Shown: positions 38,005 to 50,629, counted from the first letter of the whole stretch. The stretch is 63,049 nucleotides of DNA, filler included, from Chiloscyllium plagiosum (GCF_004010195.1; 4 parts of one record of this genome joined end to end with filler, not necessarily neighbours in it), one strand, 5' to 3'. Numbers and translations are program-made. Notes: generated from the letters alone by a model not told the origin.

Positions 38005-38990
38005 ATCATTTATTCATTTGCAGGTTGTCGGCATTTTGGTCGAACCAGTGTTTATTGCCCTTTCCCAATTGCCCTTGAGAAGGTAGTGGTGCGCTGCCGT
38101 CTTGAACTCTTGCAGTCCATTTGGTGTAGGTACAATACTATTAAGGAGGGAGTTCCAGAACTCTGACCCAGCAACACTGTAGGAATGACACTACATTTCT
38201 AAATCAAGGTGGTGAGTGGCTTGGAGGGGAACTTGCAATTGCTGATGTTGCAATGTATTTGGTACCTTTGACCTCCTAGATGGTCATAGATTTGAAAAGT
38301 GTCGAGGGAGCTTTGAACTTCTGCAGTGCAGCTTGTAGGTGCTGTTGCTGCTACTGTGCACGAAAGGAGTGCATGTTTGTAGATATTATACCAATCTCAC
38401 AGGCTGCTTTGTGTGGGATAGAGCTTGAGTATTGTTGGAGCTATATTCATCCAGGCATAGAGGAATATTCCATTGTTGTCTGACTTTAAACATGCAGATC
38501 GGGAACACATTTTGGGGAGATGGGGGATAAGCTATCTGGTGTTGAATTCCCAATATCTGACCTGCTCTTGTAATAACCGTGTTGATATGACTAGTCTAAT
38601 TCTGTTTTTGATCAATGATAAACCCCCATAGCCCACAGGATGCTGATGAATTCAGCAATGTGGCACCATACCATTGAAAGTTAAGGGATGATTGTCTCTT
38701 TTTGGCGATGGACACTGCCTTGCACTCTTATGGCACATACGTTACTTGCTACCTTTCATATTGTCCATGTGTTGAGGTATTTGGACATGCACTGCTTCAG
38801 TATCATGATTGATACTGAACATAGTGCAATCATAAGCAAGTACCCCCACTTCTGACCTTATGATAGAGGCAAGTTCATGAGTTGGGCAGCTGAGGATGGT
38901 TGGGCCAAAGATGCTATTCTGTGGAGTTCCTGCACAGATTAAGGTGACTGACCTCCAACAACTGGAACCATATTTGTTTCTGCCATGTAT
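38005..38990 (-). mobile_element. Second CR1-like LINE family, 3' part
   Basis: Homologous to 34180-34945; tail similar to the SacSINE1-like tail. Confidence 0.7.
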
Positions 38991-41376
38991 TCCTCCTTAT
39001 TTTCTTAAGCTCTGGTTTTGCAAGGGCCTCCTTTATGCCATTCCAGCATAAGCCTGTGAATATTACCTTTTAATCTGGAAACCACACATTCAAATGATGT
39101 GGCAAGATAGAAAGGTGTACAAAGAATGGGGTTCGAGGGATGAAATGAAACAGTCATTGGACAGATTGGAGACACTCTGGCTTTAGACAAGGGAATTTTG
39201 AGAAGGGAGTTGATAAAGGTGTTCATAAATTTTAAAACCTGGACAAGTCGATTGGAAAAAACACTTTCGCCGAGAGGTCAGGAAGTAGGAGACGGTGATT
39301 TAAGGTTGTTGCCTTTTGTTATCAGAGAAATAAATTTTCCAATATATGGCATATTTCAGGTTGGGAATACGTTGGCTGATAGTTTGCTAAGTTGTTTCCA
39401 AAATGGACTTAGACAATCATGAAGAGAAAAAATAGGGGTGATTGTGGAAGAGTGGAGCATGGGACTCAAGGCTTGCATGGATTCATGAGGCTAATGGCTT
39501 CCTTCCGTCCTGGGACAAATTGTGGTTTGAACGATGTGAAGTGTGGAGCAAAATTTGTATTTATCCTTTAGTCCTCCCATTTTAACATGAAATGTTGAGA
39601 TCGACACTAGAAACCAATTTAAAATGGATGTTACTAAAAATAAAAACACCAATGAACTTCCTGTCCTTATTTTGTTTATATTCTTTGAGCTCTCATCAAT
39701 CAATAATGAGAAGTTTGGGTTTTATATATTGTAGTAATACTTCCTTGAATTTTGAAAGATTATCCATTGAAGTTCACAGAATTAAAATAAGCTCCTGTCG
39801 TAATTAACAGTGTAATCTGTGTTGGTATGATTCAATGAAAGTCAAAACTTTCTGATTTCCAAGATCTCCAATTATGAAAATCAACAGTCTTAATGTTTTA
39901 AATGCAGTCTTTATCTTCCCTTATCCTGGAATGGATCAGTCTATGTTTTCCCTGAGATATTTTATGAAAGATAATCCCATTTGTTAAAACTGAGAAGGGA
40001 AGGCTTCACGGTCTCCCTCTAGTTTCACCATTGCACCGGTCACAACATCACTGGGTAAAGCATTTTTATTTTACCAAAATAGTCAATTATACTTCATTAC
40101 TTTATCCATTTGATATTTAATATCCATCAACCAGTTCTCTTTAAGAAACAGGATTGTGAAAATGAGTTTTATTTAGCAAAAAGATAAAGCTAAATAAATA
40201 TCTACCCGATCTAAGTACCCTCATGCACGTGCACGTGCGCACACAGCAAAGGAAATGAGAAAACTGATTTCTTTGCAGCAGTTCACTTTGAAAAACATTA
40301 GGCCAATGATTGGTAGTCCTTTAAGGATAAATGGTCAAGGTGTGGAGTGTTCTGACAGATGGCACTCTGGTACGTGTGGGCAAGTCATTAGACACGAGCA
40401 GTTTTCTTTGGGTTCCTTGCAGATGCAACAATTCAAGAAGTATTGAGACAAACTTCTTCAAAGACTTTTCTTGAGAGCAGCATCATTAGTGTTCTAAATA
40501 CCACATTGGATACATGACAGTTTTTTGAAAACCGAGGAGCTGAGCTAAGTTGGAAAGCTCATTTGACTGGGCACCAACTTCCACTGCATCCATAGTACCT
40601 ATCAACCTTGTGTAAAAAAGGGCTTCCACGTTCAAATTGACCATTTTAAAAATAGCTAGGCCTCCACCGGTGTTGGAATAAGCCAATTTTTCCATAAAAT
40701 ATATTAAATATGAAGACTTCATAACACATTCCACAGGCTAAAATGTACAATAATACTGAAGCAAATATTGCACTTGTTGGAAATCTGAAAGAAGTCCCAA
40801 AAATGCTGGAAATAGTTGGGAGAAGCAGAATCTGTGGAGACACCAAGACCATGACTGGCTGTCAAAAAATATCATGCTTCAGTTTTGAAACAAACAAATT
40901 GCCAGAGAGCCTTAACATTGTCTGGCAGCACCTGTGAAGAGTGGAACTAAGTTAACAAGTCCAATGACTCTTCTTCAAACCGAACCTTTCTGACTGAAAA
41001 TGTTAACTCCATTTAACTTTGCACAACTGCTGCCAGAACAGAGTTTCTCGAGCAATTTCTGTTTTTGTTTCAGATCACCACCTGTTCTTTATTTCAGTTA
41101 TGCCCTTCAATTTTGATCTGGTTATTTGGACTAGACTGATTTAGAATATCTGGTCAGCATGGATGAGTTGGATCGAAGGGTCTATTTCTGTGCTGTACAT
41201 CTGTAACTATGACTAAGTTTAATTGAAAAAGAACCATTTCCAAATTTCCTTGCGTGAGCGATGCTGGGAAGTTGTTACCTGTATTAAAATAAAACGGCAC
41301 TAAATATAAACATGGTAATGCTATTTATATGTGTACGTGACATCCGGAAGGCATTTGGTACAATGCCACATGAATA

Positions 41377-41590
41377 GGGGCGGCACAGTGGCTCAGAGGA
41401 TAGCACTGCTGCCTCACAGCGCCAGGGACCCGGGTTCGATTCCTGCCTCGAGCAGACTGTGCAAACTCCACACAGACGTTTTCCCCATGTCTGTGTGGGT
41501 TTCCTCTGGGTGCTCCGGTTTCATCCCACAATCCTGACGTGGTGGGCTGAAGGGCATTTTCCTGTGCTGTAGATCTCTATGACTGTCTGA
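41377..41590 (+). mobile_element. HE1-type V-SINE (internally rearranged)
   Basis: ggggcggcacagtggctcag...gggttcgattcc head; short inverted segment tgtgcaaactccacacagac. Confidence 0.85.
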
Positions 41591-41895
41591 CTTTAAAACA
41601 ATAGATGATGACCAAAGCAATAATTAAGTGGGAGAAAATAATTGAACTTGCAAGTAATATATCAACAAACATGAGCTCCTTTAAATAGGAAGTGAGAAAT
41701 CGAAGTGAATATCGGTCCTTTAATGAAAAAATAGCGAACCAGAGAATGGCAGGGACATTCAATAAACACTCAGTTCTCAGTAGTAAATACAAATTACATT
41801 GCAAAACCACTAAATTATCAACAGGCAAAAAGTGGGAGAGGAAATAAACACCACTATTACTAAGAAAAAATGTACTAGGGAAATTAATGGAGCTA

Positions 41896-42192
41896 ATTGG
41901 CTCAGTGGTTAGCATTGCTGCCTCACAGCACCAGGGTCCCAGGTTCGATTCCCGCCTCAGGCAACTGTCTGTGTGAAGTTTGCACATTCTCCCTGTATCT
42001 GTGGGTTTCCTCCGGGTGCTCAGGTTTCCTCCCACAATCCAAAGATGTGCAGGTCAGGTGAATTGGCCATAGTGTGAGGTGCATTAGCCAGAGGGAAATG
42101 GCACTGGGTGGGTTTCTCTTTGGAGGGTCGGTGTGGACTTGTTGGGCTGAAGGGCCTGTTTCCACACTGTCGGAAATATAACATAATCTAAT
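41896..42192 (+). mobile_element. HE1-type V-SINE
   Basis: Box A/B head, V-domain, gaagggcctgtttcc tail. Confidence 0.9.
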
Positions 42193-42470
42193 CAAAAGTG
42201 TTGTTTTACATGCTATACAGACGGTCGTACCATACAAAGTGCATCAGGATAGCAGAACAGAACGCAGAATACACTGTTACAGCCGCAGAGAGGTGCACAC
42301 ACACACACACACAGCGAGAGAGAGAGAAGCATTAACTTTTGAGAGGACTGATAAAAGCAGGGAAGTTGTTGTTCTTGAATCAGTTCAAATTTGTTTCTCT
42401 TCTGCCTGACAAGAGAGTGGAAGGGAATGTAATCAGGGTGGAAGGGGTCTTTGCTCATGTTGGTTGCTTT
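42193..42470 (-). mobile_element. Rex1/Babar LINE 3' end
   Basis: Minus KATNMSKDPFHP...FKNNNFPA. Confidence 0.6.
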
Positions 42471-43221
42471 TGGTAGTAGTCTTCCAATATTTACTTTTCT
42501 GCAAAAGTTCTGGACAATTGGAAGACTGATTTAAATAATAATGTAAGATAAATACTTCATATCAGTCACTATGGCTTCATGAATGGAAAAACTTGACAAA
42601 GGTTTTACAGTTCTTAGAGGATGTAGCAAGCGAGGCAGCTAAAATGAAACCTGTAAATATTATTTATTTGGATCTCCAAAAGGTGTTCAATGAGGTACTG
42701 ACATAAGGCTACTTAAGGTAACAGCCCATGTGTTGGGGATGGTTTATTGGTATGGATAGAGGATTGGCTAACTAACAGAAGACAGGCTGCTATGATCATG
42801 CTGGCATTTTCAGGATGATACTGAATTGGATGAGGAAGGTCAATGTTCAATCGTCAAGTTTATGGATGAGACAAAGCAGATGGGAAGGCAGGTGATGAGG
42901 ATGAAATAGTCAGAGAGAATTACATTTTCTTATTAAAATGTGACCGGACAAGTGGTGTGGGAAACTATGAAGCTACGCATTTTGGCAGGAAGAATAGAAG
43001 ACCTGAATGGGGAAAAAATTGTTGAAAACTGGCAGAATAGAGAAATGTGGGGTCCTCATGTATATGTCACAAAAAATACCTCTCATTCAAGTTCTGGTAA
43101 AAGGAAAGGCAAATGTAACACTGACCTTCATTTCAAAGGGAATGAAATATGATAAATTGGGAGTTTTCTAAAACTAGATCCATAAGAGTAAGGACATCAC
43201 ATTTAGAGGTATACAAGACTT

Positions 43222-43550
43222 GTGGTTGGTATTGCTGCCTCACGTGCGAGGGACCTGGGTTTGAATCCAGCCTGGAGTGACTGTCTGTGTGGGGTTTGTA
43301 CATTCTCCCCGTGTCTACATGACTTTCATCTAGATACTCCAGTTTCCTCCCAGAAGTCTAAAGATGCGCAGGCTAGGTGGATTAGCCATGCTAAATTGCC
43401 CATAGTATCCCGGGATGTGCAGAATAGGTGGATTAGTCGTGGTAATTGCAGGGTTATAGGGATGGGCTGGGTCTGGATAGGATGCTGTTCAGCGGGTCAG
43501 TATAGACTTGATGAGTTGAATGGCCTGCTTCTACACTATAAGGATTCTAT
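43222..43550 (+). mobile_element. HE1-type V-SINE (older)
   Basis: V-domain gactgtctgtgtggggtttgtacattctcccc. Confidence 0.8.
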
Positions 43551-43699
43551 GAGCAGCTGTAGTATTGGATGAAACTCTGGTCACTGCACTATTGGAAGAA
43601 TATGATTTCAAGGGAAGGCATGCAGAGGAGGTTCGCTAATATGCAGCAATTTCTCTATGAAGAGAATCTGGATAAGCTAGGTTGTTTCTTTACAGCACC

Positions 43700-44430
43700 T
43701 TGAACTTGTGACCCCTAGTAACTGAGTCCCCCATTCTGGGGGAAAAAGCTTCTTGCTATCCACCCTGTCCATACCTCTCATGATTTTGTAGACCTCAATC
43801 AGGTACTCCTCAAATCCGTTTTTCTAATGAAAATAATCCTTATTTACTCAACCTGTCTTCATTGCTAGCACCCTCAATACCAGGCAACATCCTCTGCACC
43901 CTCTTCAAAAACAACCACATCCTTTTGGTAATGTGGCAACCAGAATTGTATGCAGTATTCCAAATGTGGCTGAACCAAACTCCTCTACAACTGTAACATG
44001 ACTTGCCAACCTGTCCAATGAAGGAAAGCACGCTGTATGCCGCCTTGACCACTCTATTGTTGCCAACATCAGGGTACAATGGACCTGAACACCCAGATCT
44101 CTCTGTACATCAATTTTCCCCAGGGCTTTTCCATTTCCTGTATAGTTTGTTCTAGAAAGTGGATCTTCCAACATGCAACGCCTCGCAGTTTCCCGGATTG
44201 AGCTCCATCAGCCATTTCTCTGCCCAACTCTCCAATCTATCCTTATTCTGCAACATTTTCTGACAGTCCCCTTCACTATCTGGATTGTGGGAGGAAACTG
44301 GAGCACCCGGAAGAAACCCACGTAGACACGGAGAATGTGCAAACTCCACACAGTCACCTGAAGCTGGAATGAAATCCAAGTCCGTGGTGCTGTGAGGCAG
44401 CAGTGCTAATCACTGAGCCACCGTGACGCC
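43700..44430 (-). mobile_element. CR1 ORF2 3' fragment (43700-44280) abutting an HE1 SINE head (44281-44430)
   Basis: QRDLGVQVH and RVQRMLPG motifs; SINE head ggctcagtgattagcactgctgcc. Confidence 0.85.
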
Positions 44431-44849
44431 CTTTCTCCGTCGTCATACCAAAACTTGTAATATGCTCATCACTATTTCCTACATGTTGCCCAATGACAAA
44501 TGGTTGACTTGCCCCGTCTCATTTCAAAGAAATTGGTCCAACAGTGCATTCTTTCTCATTGGTCTGTATATATACTGCTGTTGGAAGTACTCCTGAGCAA
44601 AGTATAGAAAATGCCTGCTTTTCGCTGTCCTTAAACTGTTTGTGTGCCAATCAATATTTGGGTAATTTAAGTCCCCTGTTATAACTGTAATATACTGGTA
44701 TCAGTTTGTAATTTTGTTGCAAATTTGTTCTTCTACATTCTTCACACGAGCTGGTGATCTATAGACTACACTTTTTAACGTAATGAACACATTTTGTTCC
44801 TTGGCTTTGGTCAATTTGGTACTATCTTTGTCTGACAGAGTTCCAGTGT

Positions 44850-46271
44850 TTAGATTAGAGTGGTGCTGGAAAAGCACAACAGTTCAGGCAGCATTCGAGG
44901 AACAGTAAAATCGACGTTTCGGGCAAAAGCCCTTCATCAGGAATACAGGCAGAATGCCTGAAGGGTGGAAAGATAAAATGAGAGGAGGGTGGGGTTGGGA
45001 AGAAAGTAGCAGAGAGTACAATAGGTGAGTAGGGGAGGGGATGAAGGTGATAGGTCAGGGAGGAGGGTGGAGTGGAAAGGAAGATAGGCAGGTAGGACGT
45101 CATGGGGACAGTGCTGAGCTGGAGGTTTGGAGCTGGGGTGAGGTGGGGGAAGGGGAAATGAGGAAACTGTTGAAGTCCACATTGATGCCCTGGGGTTGAA
45201 GTGTTCCGAGGTGGAAGATGAGGCGCTCTTCCTCCAGGCATCGGGTGGTGAGGGAGCAGCGGTGAAGGAGGCCCAGGACCTCCATGTCCTCGGCAGAGTG
45301 GGAGGGGGAGTTGAAATGTTGGGCCACAGGGCGGTGTGGTTGATTGGTGCGGGTGTCCCAGAGATGTTCCCGAAAGCACTCTGGGGAGACTGGACGCCTC
45401 CGAGCAATGTAGAGGAGACCACATCGGGAGCAACGGATACAATAAATGATATTGGTGGATGTGCAGGTAAAACTTTGGATGTGGAAGGCTCCTTTGGGGC
45501 CTTGGATGGAGGTGAAGGAGAAGGTGTGGGCGCAGGTTTTGCAATTTCTGCAGTGGCAGGGGAAGGTGCCAGGATGGGAAGGTGGATTGTCGGGGGGTGT
45601 GAACCTGACCAGGTTGCGGAAGGCGGAAAGGGGTGGGGAGGGAAATATATCCCTGGTGGTGGGGTCTGTTTGGAGGTGGCGGAAATGTCGGCGGATAATT
45701 TGGTTTATGTGATGGTTGGTAGGGTGAGCACCAGGGGGTTTCTGTCCTTGTTACGGTTGGAGGGGTGGGGTCTGAGGGCAGAGGTGCGGGATGTGGACAT
45801 TGGAGGACATCTTTAACCATGTGGGAAGGGAAATTGCAGTCTCTAAAGAAGGAGGCCATCTGGTGTGTTCTGTGGTGGAACTCAGTTCTCAGCAAAGGAC
45901 TCCCCTTCATCCCCCTCCACCCACGCATCAATGAATTTAATACACGCCGTGACGTCGAACACTTCTTCCGCTGCCTCCGAGCTTAGTTTTACAATCAGGA
46001 CTCCCGCCCACATTCCGAGGACCCCTTCGCCCACCTCCAACACACTGCATCCACCTGGACACTCCGTGCTGGCCTATTACCCACCCTCGACCTCTTCATT
46101 TCCAACTGCCGATGGGACATTAACCGCCTCAACCTGTCTCCCCCCTCCCCCACTCCAACCTCTCACCCTCACAACGCGCAACCCTCCAATCCCTCTGCTC
46201 CAATCCTGATCTCACCATCAAGCCAGCAGACAAAGGGGGTGCAGTGGTAGTCTGGCGCACTGACCTCTACA
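44850..46271 (-). mobile_element. PLE family A with GIY-YIG (minus) and an inverted RT N-terminal segment (plus, 45880-46271)
   Basis: AQHFNSPSHS...LEEERLIFHLGTLQPQGINVDF; plus VLSKGLPFIP...IKPADKGGAVVVWRTDLY. Confidence 0.92.
44905..44946 (-). ncRNA. Minimal type-I hammerhead ribozyme (family A)
   Basis: GUAUUC CUGAUGA A GGGC-UUUU-GCCC GAAA CGUC GAUUUUAC; palindromic ACGU stem III, GUC cleavage triplet. Confidence 0.75.
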
Positions 46272-46371
46272 NNNNNNNNNNNNNNNNNNNNNNNNNNNNN
46301 NNNNNNNNNNNNNNNTTAATTAATTAANNNNNNNNNNNNNNNNNNNNNNNNNNNNNNNNNNNNNNNNNNNN

Positions 46372-46772
46372 CCATAATCATCCTATTATTCTTACAGATA
46401 GCTGAGATCTCCTTACAAGTTTGTTTCTCAATTTCCCTCTGACTATTAAGGGGTCTATAATACAATTCCAGTAAGGTGATCATCCCTTTCTTATTTCTCA
46501 GTTCCACCCAAATAACTTGCCTGGATGTATTTCCAGGAATACCCTCCCTCAGCACAACTGTAATGCTATCCCTTATCAAAAACATCACTCCCCCTCTTCT
46601 CTTGCCTCCCTTTCTATCCTTCCCTGTAGCATTTGTATCCTGGAACATTAAGCTGCCAGTCCTGCCCATCCCTGAGCCATGTTTCTGTAATTGCTATGAT
46701 ATCCCAGTTCCATGTTCCTAACCATGCTGTGAGTTCATCTGCCTTCCCTGTTCGGCCCCTTGCATTGAAATA
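46372..46772 (-). mobile_element. CR1 ORF2 APE endonuclease fragment
   Basis: KDRKGGKRRGGV...IWVELRNKKG...YYRP. Confidence 0.9.
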
Positions 46773-47189
46773 TCTTGAAATATATAAGCATTCTTTTCAA
46801 AGATGTTGGTCTGGCAAATGGCAAGTAGATTTTCTGTATAAACACTTGAAGCATTATTTAAGCATACTGGCTTGCCCAGATACCTGCTGCTCCATAGCCA
46901 AGTTATGCTCTCTTGAATGACCTAACTTCAAAAGAATTGCAATTAAACTTGTTTTGCCAACAGTTTCCTTACACCTTCGATCTGAGTAGCGGAATATTAA
47001 ATTTTAACAAAGAATCCAGACAGTATGCCATTGCTTAAATCAAATGTCCTTTCCTCCCAAAAAGATAGCTGCCTTAATATTCATGCATATAATATAAACA
47101 GTGCTAATAATTTTGAGACAGAGACATATGGCACAACAGAAGTAGTAGCCTCAAGATTTTGTTTTTTATAGAAACCAACATGCAAATAG

Positions 47190-49065
47190 TCATGGAGTCA
47201 TACCCTTCGGTCCAACTACTCTACGCCATGTTTCCAAATTAAACTAGTCCCACTTGCCTGTGTTTGGCCCATATTCAATAACACCTCTAGAATTAAGTGT
47301 CTATTGATGATAATGAATCCACTGTTGATCGTTGGATAAACCTACCTGGTTCACTGAGGTCCTTTAGGGAAGGAAATTGCTAGCCTTATCTGGTCTGGCC
47401 TACAGGTGACTCCAGACCTACAGCAATGTCGTTGACTCTTAACTGCCCTTTGGACAATCATGGATGGCCCTTTGGACAATCAAGGATGGGCAATAAATGC
47501 TGGTCTAGCCTCATCCCATGAATGAATTAAAATAAAAACCTGGAATCCTTTCCGATATGTATACTTATCCCTCAAATATCTTAAATATTGTAACTGTACC
47601 ACCACCTGGCAGTTCATTCCATTCTGTGGAAAAAAGGGTGCCCCTCATGTTCTTTTTAAAACTTTCTCCTCTCACCTTTAAAATATGCTTCATAGTTTTG
47701 AACGCCCCCACCATAGGGAAAAGACACTTGCTGTTCACCTTATCCATGTTCCTCATGATTTTATAAAACTCTATAAGATGTCCTCAACCTCCTATGCTCC
47801 AGTGAAAAATGTCCCAACCTATCCAGCCTATTTTTATAAGTCAAACCTTCCATTCCCGGCAACATCCTAGTAAATCTTTTCTGAACCCTCCCCAAATTAA
47901 TAATATTCTTCCAAAGCAGGACAACCAGTACTGCACACATAGTACTTCAGAAGAGGCCTCACCAACATCCTGTGCAAGCTCAATATGACATCCCAACACC
48001 TATATTCAAAGGTCTGAGCAATGAAAGCAAATGTGCTAAATGCTTTGTTAACCACCCTGCCTACCTGTGATGAGAAAGTGAGGTCTGCAGATGCTGGAGA
48101 TCAGAGCTGGAAATGTGTTGCTGGAAATGCAAATCTCAAAGAATTATGTACCTGAACCCCTTGATCTCACTTCTATAACACTACCCAGGGCCCTACCATT
48201 AATTGTATAGGTCCTGTCCTTATTTGTTTTATCAAAATGCAATATCTTCTGCTTCTCTCCAAATTAAACGCCATCTGCAACTCTGTAGCCCATCAAGCCA
48301 ATTGATCAAGGTCTCTTTGTAACTTAGATAACTTTTTTCACTGTCTACTATAACACCAATTTTTGTTGAGACTGGGGTGCTGGAAAAGCACAGCAGATCA
48401 GGCAGCATCTGAGGAGCAGGATAATCGATGTTTCAGGCATGAACCCTTCCGCTGCAAGGTAAAAACAAGGACTGCAGATGCTGGAAACCAGAGTCTAGAT
48501 TAGAGTGGTACTGGAAAAGCACAGCAGGTCAGGCAGCATCCGAGGAGCAGGAAAATTGACGTTTCGGGCAAAAGCCCTTCATCAGGAATAGAGCCCTTCC
48601 ACTGCAAACTTAGTAACGATGCCTCCTAAATTCTCATCCACATTATTTATATAAATGTCAAACAAAAGTGGACCCTGTACCGATCCCTGTGGAACATCAC
48701 TGGTCACGGGCCTCCAGTCCGAGAAACAACCCTCCACCATCACCCTTTTCCTCCTACCGTCAGGCCAATTTTGTTTCCAAATGGCTAGCTTACCCTGTAT
48801 TCCATGTGATCTAACTTTCTTAATTAATCCACCATGCAGAACCTTGTCAAAGGCTTTGCTAAAGTCCATGTAAACAATGTCTACCATTTTGCCTTCATCA
48901 ATCTTTTTGGTTATGACCTCAAAATTGTGAGACACAATTTCACTTGCAGAAAACCGTGCTGACTGTCCCTAATCAGTCCTTACCTCCCCAACTGCATGTA
49001 AATCCTGTCTTTCAGACTTACCTTCAACAATTTACCCACCGGCAATGTCAGGCTTACAGGTCTAT
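47190..49065 (-). mobile_element. CR1/HER1 LINE ORF2 and 3' UTR with nested SINE (47290-47535) and PLE-A inserts (48070-48128, 48367-48600)
   Basis: YMDFSKAFDKV, VPQGSVQGPLLF, TKFA|DDT-like motif split by the inserts. Confidence 0.88.
48555..48590 (-). ncRNA. Minimal type-I hammerhead ribozyme (family A) in an ORF-less tandem insert
   Basis: UAUUC CUGAUGA A GGGC-UUUU-GCCC GAAA CGUC AAU. Confidence 0.65.
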
Positions 49066-49374
49066 AGGTGCTAGATATTTACTGATTTAAATTAAATGGC
49101 TGCACTATTGGGTTAATTTCTTACTGATTTAAATGATGGGACACTTAATTGCATGGTATTTGATACTGCACAAAACGCTTTGATACTAATACAAAATATA
49201 AAATTAATCAGAAATACAATATTAGGACTAGTCACTTGTAGTTGATTGATAACATGCAAATCTGTTCATGCCTATTTTCCATCTGAAACAGGGCATGGAA
49301 AACACAAATTTGCCTGTAGCTAATGACTTTGAATTTCATTTTATAAGGAACAAGATGGACACTGCCTTACATTG

Positions 49375-50425
49375 ATGTGAATTAGGAGCATGAGCAGGCC
49401 AATTGGCCCCTCAAAGTCCTTTATCTCTGTCTTAAATGGGTGAGCCTTTATTGTTAAACAGTAACCCATAATTATATATTCTCACACAAGTGTGTTTCCG
49501 CATGTATCCTGTCAGGACCCTTCAGGATCTTATTTGTTTCAATCAAATCAGTTTTTATTTTTCGAAACTCCAGCGGATATAAGCTGAAGCTGTCCAAGCA
49601 TTCCTCAAAACACCAATGTTTGTCCAAAGTTAAAAATCACACAATACCAGGTTATAGTAGAGTAGTGCTGGAGAAGCACAGCAGGTCAGGCAGCATCTGA
49701 GGAGCAGGAAAATTGACGTTTCGGGCAAAAGCCCTTCCTGATGAAAGGCTTTTGCCCGAAACGTCGATTTTCCTGCACCTCAGATGCTGCCTGATCTGCT
49801 ATGCTTTTCCAGCCCCACTCTAATCTAGACTCTAGTTTCCAGCATCTGTAGTCCTTGTTTTTACCAGGTTATAGTACAACAGATTTATTTGGAAGCACTC
49901 ACTTTCGGATTGAGTGCTGAAGGAGTAGTGCTGATGAAGGAGTAGTGCTCTGAAAGCTAGTGCTTCCAAATAAAATTATTGGACTGTAAACTGGTGTTGT
50001 GTGATTTTTAACTTTGTACACCCCAGTCCAACTGCAGTAACTCCAAATCATAATTTCTGTCCAGGTATTTAGTCTTGTAAACTCATGTGTATCTGTCCTT
50101 AAATAAGGAAACCAAGATTGTACACAGTATTCCAGATGAGGTCTCACTAATTCCTTGTATTCCTTCCTATTTTGTTTTCAGTTCAAGTCATGATACAATA
50201 ACATTCTATCTACCTTTCCTAATTACTTGCCGTACCTAAATACTAACTTACTATGATTCATGCGCTAGAACACCCAGATCTACATCTCAGAATATGCATT
50301 TTTAATTAGCCTGTCAAAATGGACAAGTTTCACATTTTCTCACACTATACTCCAATTGTCAGATCTTTGTCTACTCATTTATGTGTCCCTATCCTACTGT
50401 AGACTCTTCACGTCCACTTCATGAC
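49375..50425 (-). mobile_element. Old CR1 3' region hosting nested PLE palindromes (49622-50051)
   Basis: RPHLEYCVQSWFPYLR motif. Confidence 0.7.
49622..50051. mobile_element. Palindromic PLE-B terminus pair containing a palindromic PLE-A terminus pair (about 49658-49863)
   Basis: A arms 49658-49737 and 49743-49825; B arms flank; taccaggttatagta duplicated; plus-strand hammerhead cores at 49738-49765 and 49931-49962. Confidence 0.85.
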
Positions 50426-50629
50426 ATCTGTCATCCAGATTTATATGGCTTAGAATAGCATTGACCAATTTACATTAATCTTGCTTACCAGCACTTACGT
50501 CATTTCAAATGCTCATCTGTTGTTTCCAAAGGTATCCTCCCAGACAGCTTTCCAAAAGACAACCTGAGTTTATTCAGCCTCTTTTCATAGCTAAACTGCT
50601 CCATCCCAAGCCATCCCCATTTCAATCAA

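Noticed and set aside
41377..41445. tRNA genes at box A/B motifs
   Set aside because: They are SINE heads continuing into the V-domain, with no complete cloverleaf or terminator
44855..45931. 358-aa ORF as a novel gene
   Set aside because: Off-frame, proline-rich reading of a frameshifted PLE GIY-YIG region
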